Below, one piece after another: positions 1 through 10,138 of a stretch of DNA of 64,000 nucleotides. The position numbers were made by a program, and so were the translations under genes. Within the stretch, counting starts at the first letter, position 1; every line of letters starts with the position of its first letter. The stretch is from an uncultured beta proteobacterium (GTDB lineage Bacteria; Pseudomonadota; Gammaproteobacteria; Burkholderiales; Casimicrobiaceae): positions 57,457 to 121,456 of the forward strand of contig CAVPRK010000024.1 of NCBI GenBank assembly GCA_963707815.1. Direction: 5' to 3'. A model generated the notes under the pieces. It made no database searches and was not told the origin of the DNA. It worked only from the letters and a program-made list of their open reading frames with translations.

Positions 1-789
1 CTCGGGGCGGCCCTTCGGGATGACGAGCCCGATCCGATCATTCGCGTCGAGCGGCTGACGGCCGGTTACGACGGGCGCACCATCCTCGAGAACGTCACCT
101 TCGACGTGAACCGGGGCGAGGTATTCGTGATCCTCGGCGGCTCGGGCTGCGGCAAGAGCACGCTCTTGAAGCACATGATCGGGCTGTACGACGTGGTTGC
201 AGGACACGTTTACATCGAAGGGCACGACATCGTCGACGCGGAAGGCGAGGCACGCGACGCCATCCTGCACAAGATCGGGGTCATGTACCAATCGGGCGCG
301 CTCTTCGGCTCGATGACGCTGCTCGAGAACGTCCGCCTTCCGATGGAGGCCTTCACCAGTCTCGACATGGAGCAGATGAACCTGCTCGCGCGCATGAAGC
401 TGTCGCTCGTCGGGCTCGGCCAGTTCACGGGGCACCTGCCCAACGAGATCTCGGGCGGCATGCAAAAGCGCGCCGCGATCGCGCGCGCCATGGCGCTCGA
501 TCCCGCGATCCTGTTCCTCGACGAGCCGTCGGCGGGCCTCGATCCCATCACATCGGCGGAGCTCGACGCCTTGATCCGGCGTCTCGCGGAGAACCTGGAC
601 GTGACCTTCGTCATCGTTACCCACGAACTCGCGAGCATCTACGCGATTGCCGATCGTGTCATCATGCTGGACAAGCGCGTGAAGGGCATCATCGCCGAAG
701 GGGACCCGCGCCGCCTGCGCGACGCGAGCACCGATCCATACGTACGCCAGTTCTTCCACCGGGAGGCGGACCTGGCGACGCCCGCATAA
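1..789 (+). CDS. ABC transporter ATP-binding protein, MlaF/Ttg2A type (5' end at or beyond the window edge)
   Basis: Frame is open from base 1 (IIRVERLTAGYDGRTILENVTFDV). Walker A GGSGCGKS, signature ISGGMQKR, Walker B ILFLDEP, H-loop VTH. Followed by an MCE gene. Confidence 0.9.
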   Translation, partial: LGAALRDDEPDPIIRVERLTAGYDGRTILENVTFDVNRGEVFVILGGSGCGKSTLLKHMIGLYDVVAGHVYIEGHDIVDAEGEARDAILHKIGVMYQSGALFGSMTLLENVRLPMEAFTSLDMEQMNLLARMKLSLVGLGQFTGHLPNEISGGMQKRAAIARAMALDPAILFLDEPSAGLDPITSAELDALIRRLAENLDVTFVIVTHELASIYAIADRVIMLDKRVKGIIAEGDPRRLRDASTDPYVRQFFHREADLATPA

Positions 790-792
790 CGC

Positions 793-1852
793 ATGAGCCA
801 AAAAGCCAATTACTTCAAGTTGGGGTTGTTCGTCATCGGCGCGATCGCCGCGGGCATCCTCGTGCTCGTCATCATCGGCAGCGGGCGATGGTTCGAGCGC
901 AAAGTGATCATCGAGACCTACTTCAAGGAGTCCGTGCAGGGCCTCGACTTGGGCTCCAAGCTCAAGTACCGCGGCGTCACCATCGGCGAGGTCACCAGGA
1001 TCAGCTTCACGTACACGCGCTATCAGCTCGATCTTCCGATCACCCAACGGGAACGCTACGTGATGGTCGAGGCCCAGGTGCAGCCGCGGTTGCTTGGCGG
1101 CCGCGCCGCTGCCGGCGACATGACGCAGGCCGAGAATGCGGCGATGGAGGTCGAGAAGGGCCTGCGGCTGCGCCTTGCGCCAGCAGGGCATCACCGGCCT
1201 CGCGTACCTCGAGATGGACTACGTCGAGCCCCCGCCTGCGGTGCTTCCCATCAGCTGGACGCCCGACAACGTGTACATCCCGAGCGCGCCTTCCACGTTC
1301 ACGGCCGTCGTGAATGCGGCGCAGGACATCATGGAGAAGCTGCATCGCGTCGATTTCGAGGCGACGATCGCGCGCATCGACAAGCTGCTCGATACGGTGA
1401 ACGATCGCGTCGGTGCGGTCGACGTGAGGAAGCTGCAGCAGCGCGCGGACAGTACGCTGGCCAAGCTCGAGAGCACGCTCGATCAGCTGCAGGCGAAGAA
1501 GCTCTCCGACGAGGCCGGCGCGCTCTTGGCCGAGTTGCGTCAGTCGAATGCGGAGCTCAAGAAGACGCTCGCCAACCCGGCGTGGCAGAAGATTCCGGAC
1601 GAGGCCTCCGCCGCCGTGCAGCGCATGAAGGAGCTGATCTCCGATCCCAAGCTCCAGCGCACGATCGCCAACATCGACCGCATCACGGGGCGCTTCGACC
1701 GGATCTTCGGGTCGACGGACACCGACCTCGCGACGTCGATCGAGAACCTGCGGCAGATCACCGACAACCTGCGCGACCTCACCGAGGAAACCAAGCGCTA
1801 TCCGGCGAGCGTCATATTCGGCGGCCCGCCCGCACCGCTGGGGAAGAAATGA
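793..1852 (+). CDS. MlaD/MCE family protein (one frameshift near 1180)
   Basis: N-terminal TM (YFKLGLFVIGAIAAG), MCE motifs ESVQGLDLGSKLKYRGVTIGEV and QGITGLAYLEMD, helical C-terminus ending RYPASVIFGGPP. Joins ORFs 793+ and 1136+. Confidence 0.85.
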
Positions 1853-2463
1853 TGAACGCAACGCGACGTTCGTGGATGCTCGCCGCGCTGGCGGTGCTCG
1901 TGATGGGGATCGGCGCGTGCTCGCGGCCTGCGCCGGTCAAGGGAACGTTCCTGCTGGAGCCCGCGATGCCGCCCGCGGGTGCGAAGACGCACCCGGGGAC
2001 GCTGCGCATCGGCACGGTGACGGTCGGCGCCGCGTTCCGCGGGCGGCAGTTCGTGTATCGCGAGTCGGAGCTCAAGTACGAGACGGATTACTACAACGAA
2101 TTCCTCGTGGCGCCGGCCGCCAATATCGGCGAGGCGACCGCGCGCGCGTTGGCCGCCGCCAGGGTCTTCACCACGGTGGTGCCATCAGGCACCGCTCTGG
2201 AGCCCGATTGGGTGCTCGACGTGTTCGTGGGCTCCTTGTACGGCGATGGTCGCAACATGCAACAGCCGGCGGCGGTGCTCGGCGCGACCTTCTTCCTGCG
2301 CAAGGGCGAAAGCGGTGTGCCGATTTGGAGCAAGAGCCTCGAGCGGCGCGTGCCGTTCACGACCGGCAGCGCGGCGTCGTACGTTGAGGGGCAGAATGCG
2401 GCGCTCGGCGAAATCCTTGCGGAACTTGCGCGCGACCTCGCAGGTCAATCCTTACCGAAGTAA
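1849..2463 (+). CDS. ABC-type transport auxiliary lipoprotein (PqiC-like)
   Basis: ATGA overlap with the MCE stop, signal peptide with lipobox IGAC, FVYRESELKYETDYYNEF segment, and typical position after an MCE gene. Confidence 0.75.
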   Translation: MMNATRRSWMLAALAVLVMGIGACSRPAPVKGTFLLEPAMPPAGAKTHPGTLRIGTVTVGAAFRGRQFVYRESELKYETDYYNEFLVAPAANIGEATARALAAARVFTTVVPSGTALEPDWVLDVFVGSLYGDGRNMQQPAAVLGATFFLRKGESGVPIWSKSLERRVPFTTGSAASYVEGQNAALGEILAELARDLAGQSLPK

Positions 2464-2465
2464 GA

Positions 2466-2506
2466 TTGATCCTTGTCATGTCGTCGTCGCGTAGCGCGGA
2501 TAGGAT
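2466..2506 (+). promoter_or_regulatory. FNR/FixK-like box with a candidate -10 element
   Basis: TTGATccttGTCAT at 2466-2479 matches TTGAT-N4-ATCAA at 8/10. TAGGAT at 2501-2506. The spacing fits a class II FNR promoter starting near 2513. Confidence 0.55.
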
Positions 2507-2512
2507 CGAACC

Positions 2513-2837
2513 ATGAGCGAAAAGAAAAGCGAACTGGGCGGCGGCTGGTGGAGCAAGAACCTCGACGACGTCGATCGCGAGGTCGCGCGGCTTGCCACCA
2601 TCTGCAAGGTTCGCCTGCTCGACCCAGGCGTCATCCAGCGCGTGCTCGACAACGACGCGACCGTGTGCGGCACGTCCAACCCGGCGGCGTTCGACAAGCT
2701 CCGCCAGGCGCTCATGATGCATTACCACGTCCGCGACAAGGCGGTCGGCGCGATCGGCGAGGCGGCGACCGCAGGACGTCATCAACGAAATCGTCGCCAA
2801 CATCCGCAAGCGGCTCGGCAAGCAGCTCGGGGGATAG
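2513..2837 (+). CDS. Hypothetical protein, ~108 aa (frameshift near 2775)
   Basis: MSEKKSELGGGWWSKNLDDVDREVARLATICKV... continues in a shifted frame as DVINEIVANIRKRLGKQLGG, stop TAG 2835-2837. Coding-like codon use. Confidence 0.6.
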
Positions 2838-2896
2838 CTCCGAGCACAGGTGTCCTCGCTGTCCCCGCCGTGCTTGCGAGTCACACGAGGTCACCC

Positions 2897-5241
2897 ATGA
2901 ACACCGAAGCAAAGCTGGCGCAAAGCCAGGACATCGCCACCAAGGTTTCCGTTCTGTTCCGCAAGCGCGCGGAGCACGCGCGCGACGAGTTCGCGCAACG
3001 CCTCGCCAAGGCCGCCGGCGACAACGGCATGCGCGACCCCGGCGTGGGCGCCCGCATGTGGACGGACTGGTACGGCTACGCCGTCGATGCGACGCAGCGC
3101 TCGATCCTGTTCTGGGACACCATTCGCCAGCGCGGCAACAAATTCGTCGAGCACAATCAGGCGGGCCTGCCGCCGGTGCTCCACTTCGAGTACGAGACCG
3201 TGGTCGACGGCCGCAAGCTCGCGCGTCCGGTGAACTACGCGCTCGTGCGCATCGTGCCGCCCGAAGGCGTGACGGTCGATCCGAAGCGGCGGCCGTACGT
3301 GATCATCGATCCGCGCGCGGGCCACGGCCCCGGCATCGGCGGCTTCAAGGACGACTCGCAGGTCGGCGTCGCGCTGCGCGAGGGCCATCCGGTCTACTTC
3401 GTCATCTTCTTCCGCGACCCCGAGCCGGGACAGACGCTGATCGACGTGTGCAAGGCCGAGAAGGCGTTCGTGCGCAAGGTGCGCGAGCTGCATCCGCAGA
3501 GCGCGAAGCCCGCGATCGTCGGCAACTGCCAGGGCGGGTGGGCCGCGATGATGCTGGCGGCGTCCGATCCCGACGACACGGGCCCGATCGTCATCAACGG
3601 CGCACCGATGTCGTACTGGGGCGGCGCATGGCAGGAGGGCGAGAACGACAATCCGATGCGCTACGCGGGCGGCATGCTCGGCGGCACGTGGCTGTCGTCG
3701 CTCGCGTCCGACCTGGGCGACGGCGTGTTCGACGGCGCGTATCTCGTCGAGAACTTCGAGAACCTCAATCCCGCCAACACGTTCTGGGACAAGTACTACC
3801 ACCTGTACGCGAACGTCGACACCGAGCCGCCGCGCTTCCTCGAGTTCGAGCGCTGGTGGGGCGGCTTCTACCTCATGAACCGCGAAGAGATCGAGTGGAT
3901 CACGCGCAATCTCTTCGTCGGCAACAAGGTGTGGAAGGGCACGACGCGCAGGCCCGGACGGCACGGCGTTCGACCTGCGCAACATCAAGGTCGCCGATCG
4001 TGCTGTTCGCGTCGATGGGCGACAACATCACGCCGCCGCAGCAGGCGTTCAACTGGGTCGCCGACATCTACGGGTCGCACCGACGAGATCAAGGCGCGCG
4101 GCCAGGTGATCGTCGGCCTCATGCACGAGAACGTCGGCCACCTCGGCATCTTCGTGTCGGGCAAGGTCGCGAAGAAGGAGCATGCGCAGATCGTGTCGGT
4201 GCTGAAGTCGATCGAGTCGCTGCCGCCGGGCCTGTACGCGATGCGCATCGAGGAGCGCAAGGCGCGCGGCGGCGAGACGTCGTACGACGTGTCGTTCGAG
4301 GAGCGCAGGCTCGAGGACATCGCGGCGAAGCTCAACCGCTTCGAGCGCGCAACGACGAGAAGCCGTTCGAGGCGGTCGCGGCGATCGCCGACTTCAACCA
4401 GCGCGCGTACGAGCTCTTCCTGCAGCCGCTCGTGCAGGCGATCGACCGGGCGAGTACGCGGCGAAGCTGCGCCGCCAGTTCCATCCGCTGCGCCTGCAGC
4501 GCTGGGCGCTGTCCGACTTCAACCCGTTTCTCGCGTGGCTCGGACCCGCAGCGGAGATGGTGAAGGCCAAGCGCGCGCCGGTGACGGCGGACAACAGCCT
4601 CGTCAAGGTGGAGAAGACCGCGTCGTCGGCGATCAGCGCCTCGCTCGACTACTACCGCGCGCATGCGCGACGCCATGAGCGAGGCCGCGTTCTTCTCGAT
4701 CTACGGCAACGTGTTCTCGTTGTACGTCGCGGACAAGCAGGCGGCGCGGCCGGAACGCGTCGCCGAGCCGCGCGAGCTGCCGTTCGTGCAGGAGGCGCTG
4801 CGCTCGATCGGCGAAGGCGGCTATCCCGAGGCGCTCGCGCGCGTCGCGTGCCTGCTCGCGCGCAAGGGCGAGCCGCTGCTGCTGTCGCGGCTGTCGGCGA
4901 AGCAGGAGGTGCTCGCCGATTACAAGGACCTGTTGCCCGACATGCCGCCCGACCAGTGGCGGCGCGTGCGCGGCGAGCAGGAGATCATCGTGCGCTACGC
5001 GCCCGGACGAGGCGCTCGCGACGCTGCCGGAGCTGCTGCGCGACGAGGCCGATCGCGCGCGCCTCGTCACGCTCGTGCGGCGCCTGCTCGGCGACGAGCG
5101 CGTGCAACGCGCGCAGCCGACGAGCGATCAGCTCGCGATGATCGAGCAGCTCGGCAAGACGCTCGCGGTCACGCCGCGCAAGGCGCCGCGCAAGGCCCCG
5201 CGCAAGCGTCGCAAGCTCGCCGCAAGACCGCAAGGAGATAA
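2897..5241 (+). CDS. DUF3141-family alpha/beta hydrolase, PHA-synthase-like (several frameshifts; 3' end approximate)
   Basis: GAGG SD before ATG 2897. Motifs RPVNYALVRI, IDPRAGHGPGIGGFK, lipase-box variant GNCQGG (3521-3538), FASMGDNITPPQQA, VGHLGIFVSG. Confidence 0.85.
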
Positions 5242-5247
5242 GGGATC

Positions 5248-6188
5248 ATGGAGCGCACGCACGAGAAGTATCAGAAGCTGCTCGATTTCTGCAAGGCGCT
5301 GCCGCCGACGCCGACGGCAGTCGCGCATCCGTGCGACGAAAGCTCGCTGCGCGGCGCCGTGGACGCGGCGCGCCTCGGGCTGATCGATCCGATCCTGGTC
5401 GGGCCGAAGGCGCGCATCGAGGCCGTCGCGAAAGAATTCGGGATCGACCTCGGCAACCTGCCGATCGTCGACGCGCCGTACAGCCAGGCGTCCGCGGCGA
5501 TGGCCGTGCAGCTCGTGCGCGAGGGCAAGGCGGAGGCGCTCATGAAGGGCAGCCTGCACACCGACGAGCTCATGGCCGCGGTCGTCGCGCGCGAGGCGGA
5601 TTGCGCACGGCGCGGCGGATCAGCCACTGCTTCGTGATGGACGTGCCGTCCTATCCCGAGACGCTGATCGTCACCGACGCCGCGATCAACATCGCGCCCA
5701 CGATGGAGACCAAGGTCGACATCATCCAGAACGCGATCGACCTCGCGCATGCGATGCGCTTTCCCGAGGTGCGGGTCGCGATCCTGTCGGCGATGGAGAC
5801 GGTCAATCCGAAGGTGCCGTCGACGGTGGAGGCGGGCGCGCTGTGCAAGATGGCGGACCGCGGCCAGATCACCGGCGGCATCCTCGACGGGCCGCTCGCG
5901 CTCGACAACGCGATCAGCCTCGAGTCGGTCAAGATCAAGAAGATCGACTCGCCGGTGGCCGGCCGCGCGAACGTGCTCGTGGTGCCGGATCTCGAGGCCG
6001 GCAACATGCTCGCGAAGAGCCTGTCGTTCCTGGCCGGCGCGGATGCGGCGGGCATCGTGCTCGGCGCGAAGGTGCCGATCATCCTCACGAGCCGCGCCGA
6101 CTCCATCACGACGCGGCTCGCGTCGTGCGGCATCGCGGCGCTGGTCGCGCAGGCGCGGCGGGAGGCCGCGACCAAAGCGGTGATGTGA
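5248..6188 (+). CDS. pta: Phosphate acetyl/butyryltransferase (frameshift near 5600)
   Basis: ALMKGSLHTDELM, RRISHCFVMDVP, VTDAAINIAP, DGPLALDNAIS, VPDLEAGNMLAK, GAKVPIILTSRAD. Confidence 0.9.
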
Positions 6189-7380
6189 TCGTGGCCGACG
6201 CGATCGCGGTCCTCAACGCCGGCTCGTCGAGCCTCAAGTTCTCGCTCTTCGCCGAGCGCAGCGGCGAGCTCGATCTTCTCGCGCGCGGCCAGGCGGAGGG
6301 ACTGTTCACGTCGCCGAAGTTCGTCGCCAAGGACGGCGGCGGCAACGTCGTCGACGAGAAGGCGTGGGGCGAGGGCACGAAGCTCGGCCACGAAGGCGCG
6401 CTCGACCACCTGGTGAGCGTCCTGCGCGCGCACTTCTCGGAGCATCGCCTCGTCGCGGTGGGCCATCGCGTCGTGCACGGCGGTCTCGAGTACACGCGGC
6501 CGACGCGCGTCGACGCAGGCGTGGTCGATGCGCTCGAGAAGTACGTGCCGCTGGCGCCCGCTGCACCAGCCGCACAATCTGGCGCCGATCCGGCTCCTGC
6601 TCGCGCGCGACCCCGACCTGCCGCAGGTCGCGTGCTTCGACACGGCGTTCCATCGCGCGCAGCCCGAGGTCGCGCAGGCGTTCGCGCTGCCGCGCAGCGA
6701 TCACCGAGCGCGGCGTGCTGCGCTACGGCTTCCACGGGCTGTCGTACGAGTACATCGCGCAGGCGCTGCCGCGTACGACGCGCGCGCCGCATCGGGCAAG
6801 ACCGTCGTGCTGCATCTCGGCAACGGCGCCAGCATGTGCGCGATGCAGGACGGCCGCAGCATGGCGAGCACGATGGGCTTCACTGCCGCCGACGGCCTGC
6901 CGATGGGCACGCGCTGCGGCAACGTCGACCCGGGCGTGATGCTCTACCTGATGGACGAGCTGCACATGGACGCGCGCGCCATCGAGCGCACGATCTACCA
7001 GGAGTCGGGGCTGCTCGGCGTGTCGGGCATCTCGAGCGACATGCGCACGCTCCAGGAGAGCACGGATCCCCGCGCCAAGGACGCGATCGATCTGTTCGTC
7101 TATCGCATCGGCCGCGAGCTGGGCTCGCTCGCCGCCGCGCTCGGCGGGCTCGACGCGATCGTGTTCACCGCCGGCATCGGCGAGCACAGCGTGCCGCTGC
7201 GCGAGCGCGTGTGCCGCGACGCGCGATGGCTGGGCGTCGAGCTCGACGACGCAGCCAACGCGCGGCATGGACCGCGCATCAGCGCGCCGAGGCAGCCGCG
7301 TCTCCGCATGGGTGATCCCGACCAACGAGGAGCTCATGATCGCGCGCCACACGCAACGCACGCTCGTCCGGACGAAATGA
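6185..7380 (+). CDS. ackA: Acetate/propionate kinase (several frameshifts)
   Basis: VLNAGSSSLKF, VGHRVVHGG, LAPLHQPHNL, ACFDTAFH, RYGFHGLSY, HLGNGASMCA, VFTAGIGEH, VIPTNEELMIAR; stop TGA 7378-7380. Confidence 0.92.
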
Positions 7381-7396
7381 GCGCGAAGGACGTGCG

Positions 7397-8179
7397 ATGA
7401 CCGACGACACGCCTCGCCAGGTGCTGAGCGGCCGCAAGGCGCTCGTGATCGGCATCGCCAACGAATCCTCGATCGCCTACGGCTGCGCGAAGGCGTTTCG
7501 CGAGCTCGGCGCCGACGTGGCGATCACTTACCTGAACGAGAAGGCGAAGCGCTTCGTCGAGCCGCTCGCGCAGGAGCTGGGCTCCCCGATCTTTCTGCCG
7601 CTCGACGTTTCGCTGCCGGGGCAGCTCGAGGCCGTGTTCGACGCAGTCGCCACGCAATGGGGCCAGCTCGACATCCTCGTGCACTCCATCGCGTTCGCGC
7701 CGAAGGAGGATCTGCAGGGCGGCCTCCTGCAATGCTCTGCGGAAGGCTTCGCCAAGGCGATGGACGTGTCGTGCCATTCCTTCGTGCGCATGGCGCGGCT
7801 CGCGGCGCCGCTCATGCGCGAAGGCGGCACGATGTTCGCGATGAGCTACTACGGCGCCAACAAGGTGGTGCCGACCTACAGCGTGATGGGGCCGGTCAAG
7901 GCCGCGCTCGAGGCGTGCTGCCGTTACCTCGCGTACGAGCTGGGGCCGCAGGGCATTCGCGTGCACGCGATCTCGCCCGGGCCGCTCAAGACGCGGGCGG
8001 CGTCCGGTCTCAAGGACTTCGACATCCTGCTCACCGAGGCCGCGCAGCGCGCGCCGCTCGGCGAGCTGGTCGACATCATGGACGTCGGCTTCGCGTGCGC
8101 GTATCTCGCGACGCCGTACGCGCGTCGCCTTTCGGGCGAGACGCTCTACGTCGACGGCGGCGTCAACATCATGGCGTAG
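7397..8179 (+). CDS. fabI: Enoyl-[ACP] reductase, FabI type
   Basis: GIANESSIAYG, LVHSIAFAP, catalytic Y-x6-K (YSVMGPVKAALE), ISPGPLKTRAASG. Intact 260-aa ORF. Confidence 0.92.
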   Translation: MTDDTPRQVLSGRKALVIGIANESSIAYGCAKAFRELGADVAITYLNEKAKRFVEPLAQELGSPIFLPLDVSLPGQLEAVFDAVATQWGQLDILVHSIAFAPKEDLQGGLLQCSAEGFAKAMDVSCHSFVRMARLAAPLMREGGTMFAMSYYGANKVVPTYSVMGPVKAALEACCRYLAYELGPQGIRVHAISPGPLKTRAASGLKDFDILLTEAAQRAPLGELVDIMDVGFACAYLATPYARRLSGETLYVDGGVNIMA

Positions 8180-8180
8180 C

Positions 8181-9034
8181 GTGAAAACGTCGAGATCACG
8201 TATCGGTACGACGCCACCGAGGACGAGGCGCGCGAGCGCCCCGAGGACGCCGAAGGCGCGCTCGCGCGCCTCGACGCGGGCGGCCGATCGATCGCGGCGT
8301 TGCTCGCCGACCTCGCGAGTGGCAGCGGCACTGCGCGACGCGTGATCCACGTCGATCCACGAGACCTGGGGTTCGCGCAGGGTGCGTCGATGGTGCCGGC
8401 GCAGCGTCCTTACGCTGCGGTGCTTGGTTGCGCGGATGCTCGCGTGCCGATCGAGCTCATCTTCAACGAGGGACCCAACGATCTCTTCGTCGTGCGCGTC
8501 GCGGGCAACGGTCTCGGCAACGAGGTGCTCGGCAGCTTGCGATACGCCATCGAGCATTTCGGCAGTCTCAAGCTCGTGGTGGTGCTCGGGCACAGCGGCT
8601 GCGGCGCCGTGGGCGCGGCCGTCGACGTGTTCCTCGAGCCGAAGGGGTACCTGGGCTTTGCGCGCAAGCATGCGCTGCGCGGCATCGTCGACCGTTTACT
8701 CGTCGTCGCCCACTCCACGGCGCGGCGGATGGCCGCGGTACATGGCGCGGATATCGCGCGCCATCCGCGCTACCGCGACGCGCTGGTGGAGGCTTCCGTG
8801 GTAGCGAACGCGGCGCTCGCCGCGCACACGCTGCAGCAGGAGCTCACGAGCGCCGAGCACGAAGTGCGCGCGGCATACGGCGTCTATGTCATCGACGAGC
8901 GGCGGATATGGGCTCCGCGGTCCGGCGATGCGGCCGCCGACTCACTCGCATATCCGCCCGCATCGGCATCGGAATTCGAAGCGTTCGCCGACGCCGTGGT
9001 CAGCTCGCAACGCATTCGCGGATTTCTTTCGTGA
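8181..9034 (+). CDS. Beta-class carbonic anhydrase (probable indel just after GTG 8181)
   Basis: Zinc motifs LGCADARVP and LGHSGCGAV, plus LFVVRVAGN. The frame extends upstream of the listed ORF to 8189. Confidence 0.88.
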
Positions 9035-9543
9035 GCGAGAAGGTGGGCGAGGACCGGCAGCGACTCCTCGACCCGCTCGATCGCATTTCGGAAGTGTTGT
9101 TCGGGCTCATCATGGCGGTGACGATCGTGGGATCGCTGTCGATCGCCACGGCGGGCCGTGCGGAAGTGCGCACGGTGCTGATCGGGGCGCTCGGCTGCAA
9201 CATCGCGTGGGGCCTCGTCGACGCGGTCATGTACGTCCTGCGCGGGATGGCCGAGCGCGCGCGGCAAGGACACCCGTCGCTGCGCCGCCGCGACCTCGTC
9301 GAAGCACTGGGTATCTTCGCGCTGGTCGTGCTGGCGACGTTTCCGGTGGTGCTGCCTTTCATTTTCTTCGCGGATACCGCGCGGGCGATGGCGGTTTCGC
9401 AAGCGACCACCGTCGTCATGCTGTTATTTGCAGGCCACGCCTTCGGTCGCTACGCCGGCCACGCGCATCCCTGGCGCCTGGGTGTTGCGATGGCGATATT
9501 CGGCGTGCTCCTGATCGCCGTGGTGAAGGCACTCGGTGGCTAG
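9031..9543 (+). CDS. VIT1/CCC1-like integral membrane protein
   Basis: GTGA overlap with the CA stop. LDPLDRISEVLFGLIMAVT, GCNIAWGLVDAVMY, ATFPVVLPF; about five hydrophobic segments. Confidence 0.6.
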   Translation: MSEKVGEDRQRLLDPLDRISEVLFGLIMAVTIVGSLSIATAGRAEVRTVLIGALGCNIAWGLVDAVMYVLRGMAERARQGHPSLRRRDLVEALGIFALVVLATFPVVLPFIFFADTARAMAVSQATTVVMLLFAGHAFGRYAGHAHPWRLGVAMAIFGVLLIAVVKALGG

Positions 9544-10138
9544 GCTCGTTTTTCTTGTAACGCTGGCGCTTTCGTCGCCGGTATTCGCCGAAGACGCGAA
9601 GTGGGGCGGTGCCGTCACCGGGTACTACTACGCGATGCGCGACGAACCGGACTTCGGCGTCGGCGTCGCCACGCTCGACTACGGTCGCCTGCACTTCGAG
9701 GGCCGCTGGAACTACGAGGCGACCAACGCAGGCTCGGCGTTCGTCGGCTGGAAGTTTTCGGGCGGCGAGGACGTCACGTTCGAGATCACGCCGATCGTCG
9801 GCGTGCTCTTCGGCGCGGCGCGCGGCGTGATTCCCGGCGTCGAGGCGAGCGTCGCGTGGCGGCAGCTCGACGTGTACGTCGAAGCCGAGTACGTCGACGA
9901 CAGGCGGCAGCCCGGGTCGCGCTATTTCTATTCGTGGACCGAGATCGGGTGGACCCCGCAGGAGTGGCTGCGCGTCGGCCTCGTCGGCCAGCGCACGCAC
10001 ACGGTCGACACCGGGCGCGAGGTGCAATTCGGGGCGTTCGCGCAATTCACGGTGCAGAAGCTCACCTTCAGCGTGTACGCCTTCAATCCCGATTCCAGCG
10101 CGCGCTACGTGATCGGCGCGCTCACCGCGAGCTTCTGA
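9536..10138 (+). CDS. Hypothetical outer-membrane beta-barrel protein
   Basis: Signal peptide (...SSPVFA), alternating aromatic beta-strands, C-terminal Phe (ALTASF). Confidence 0.65.
   Translation: MARLVFLVTLALSSPVFAEDAKWGGAVTGYYYAMRDEPDFGVGVATLDYGRLHFEGRWNYEATNAGSAFVGWKFSGGEDVTFEITPIVGVLFGAARGVIPGVEASVAWRQLDVYVEAEYVDDRRQPGSRYFYSWTEIGWTPQEWLRVGLVGQRTHTVDTGREVQFGAFAQFTVQKLTFSVYAFNPDSSARYVIGALTASF

Noticed and set aside
793-2463. 556-aa MCE-PqiC fusion ORF
   Set aside because: Produced by a frameshift near 1180. The real MCE C-terminus is in another frame and the lipoprotein has its own start and signal peptide at 1849.
2513-4678. 721-aa fusion of the small ORF with DUF3141
   Set aside because: An indel near 2775 bypasses the TAG at 2835, and DUF3141 has its own SD and ATG at 2897.
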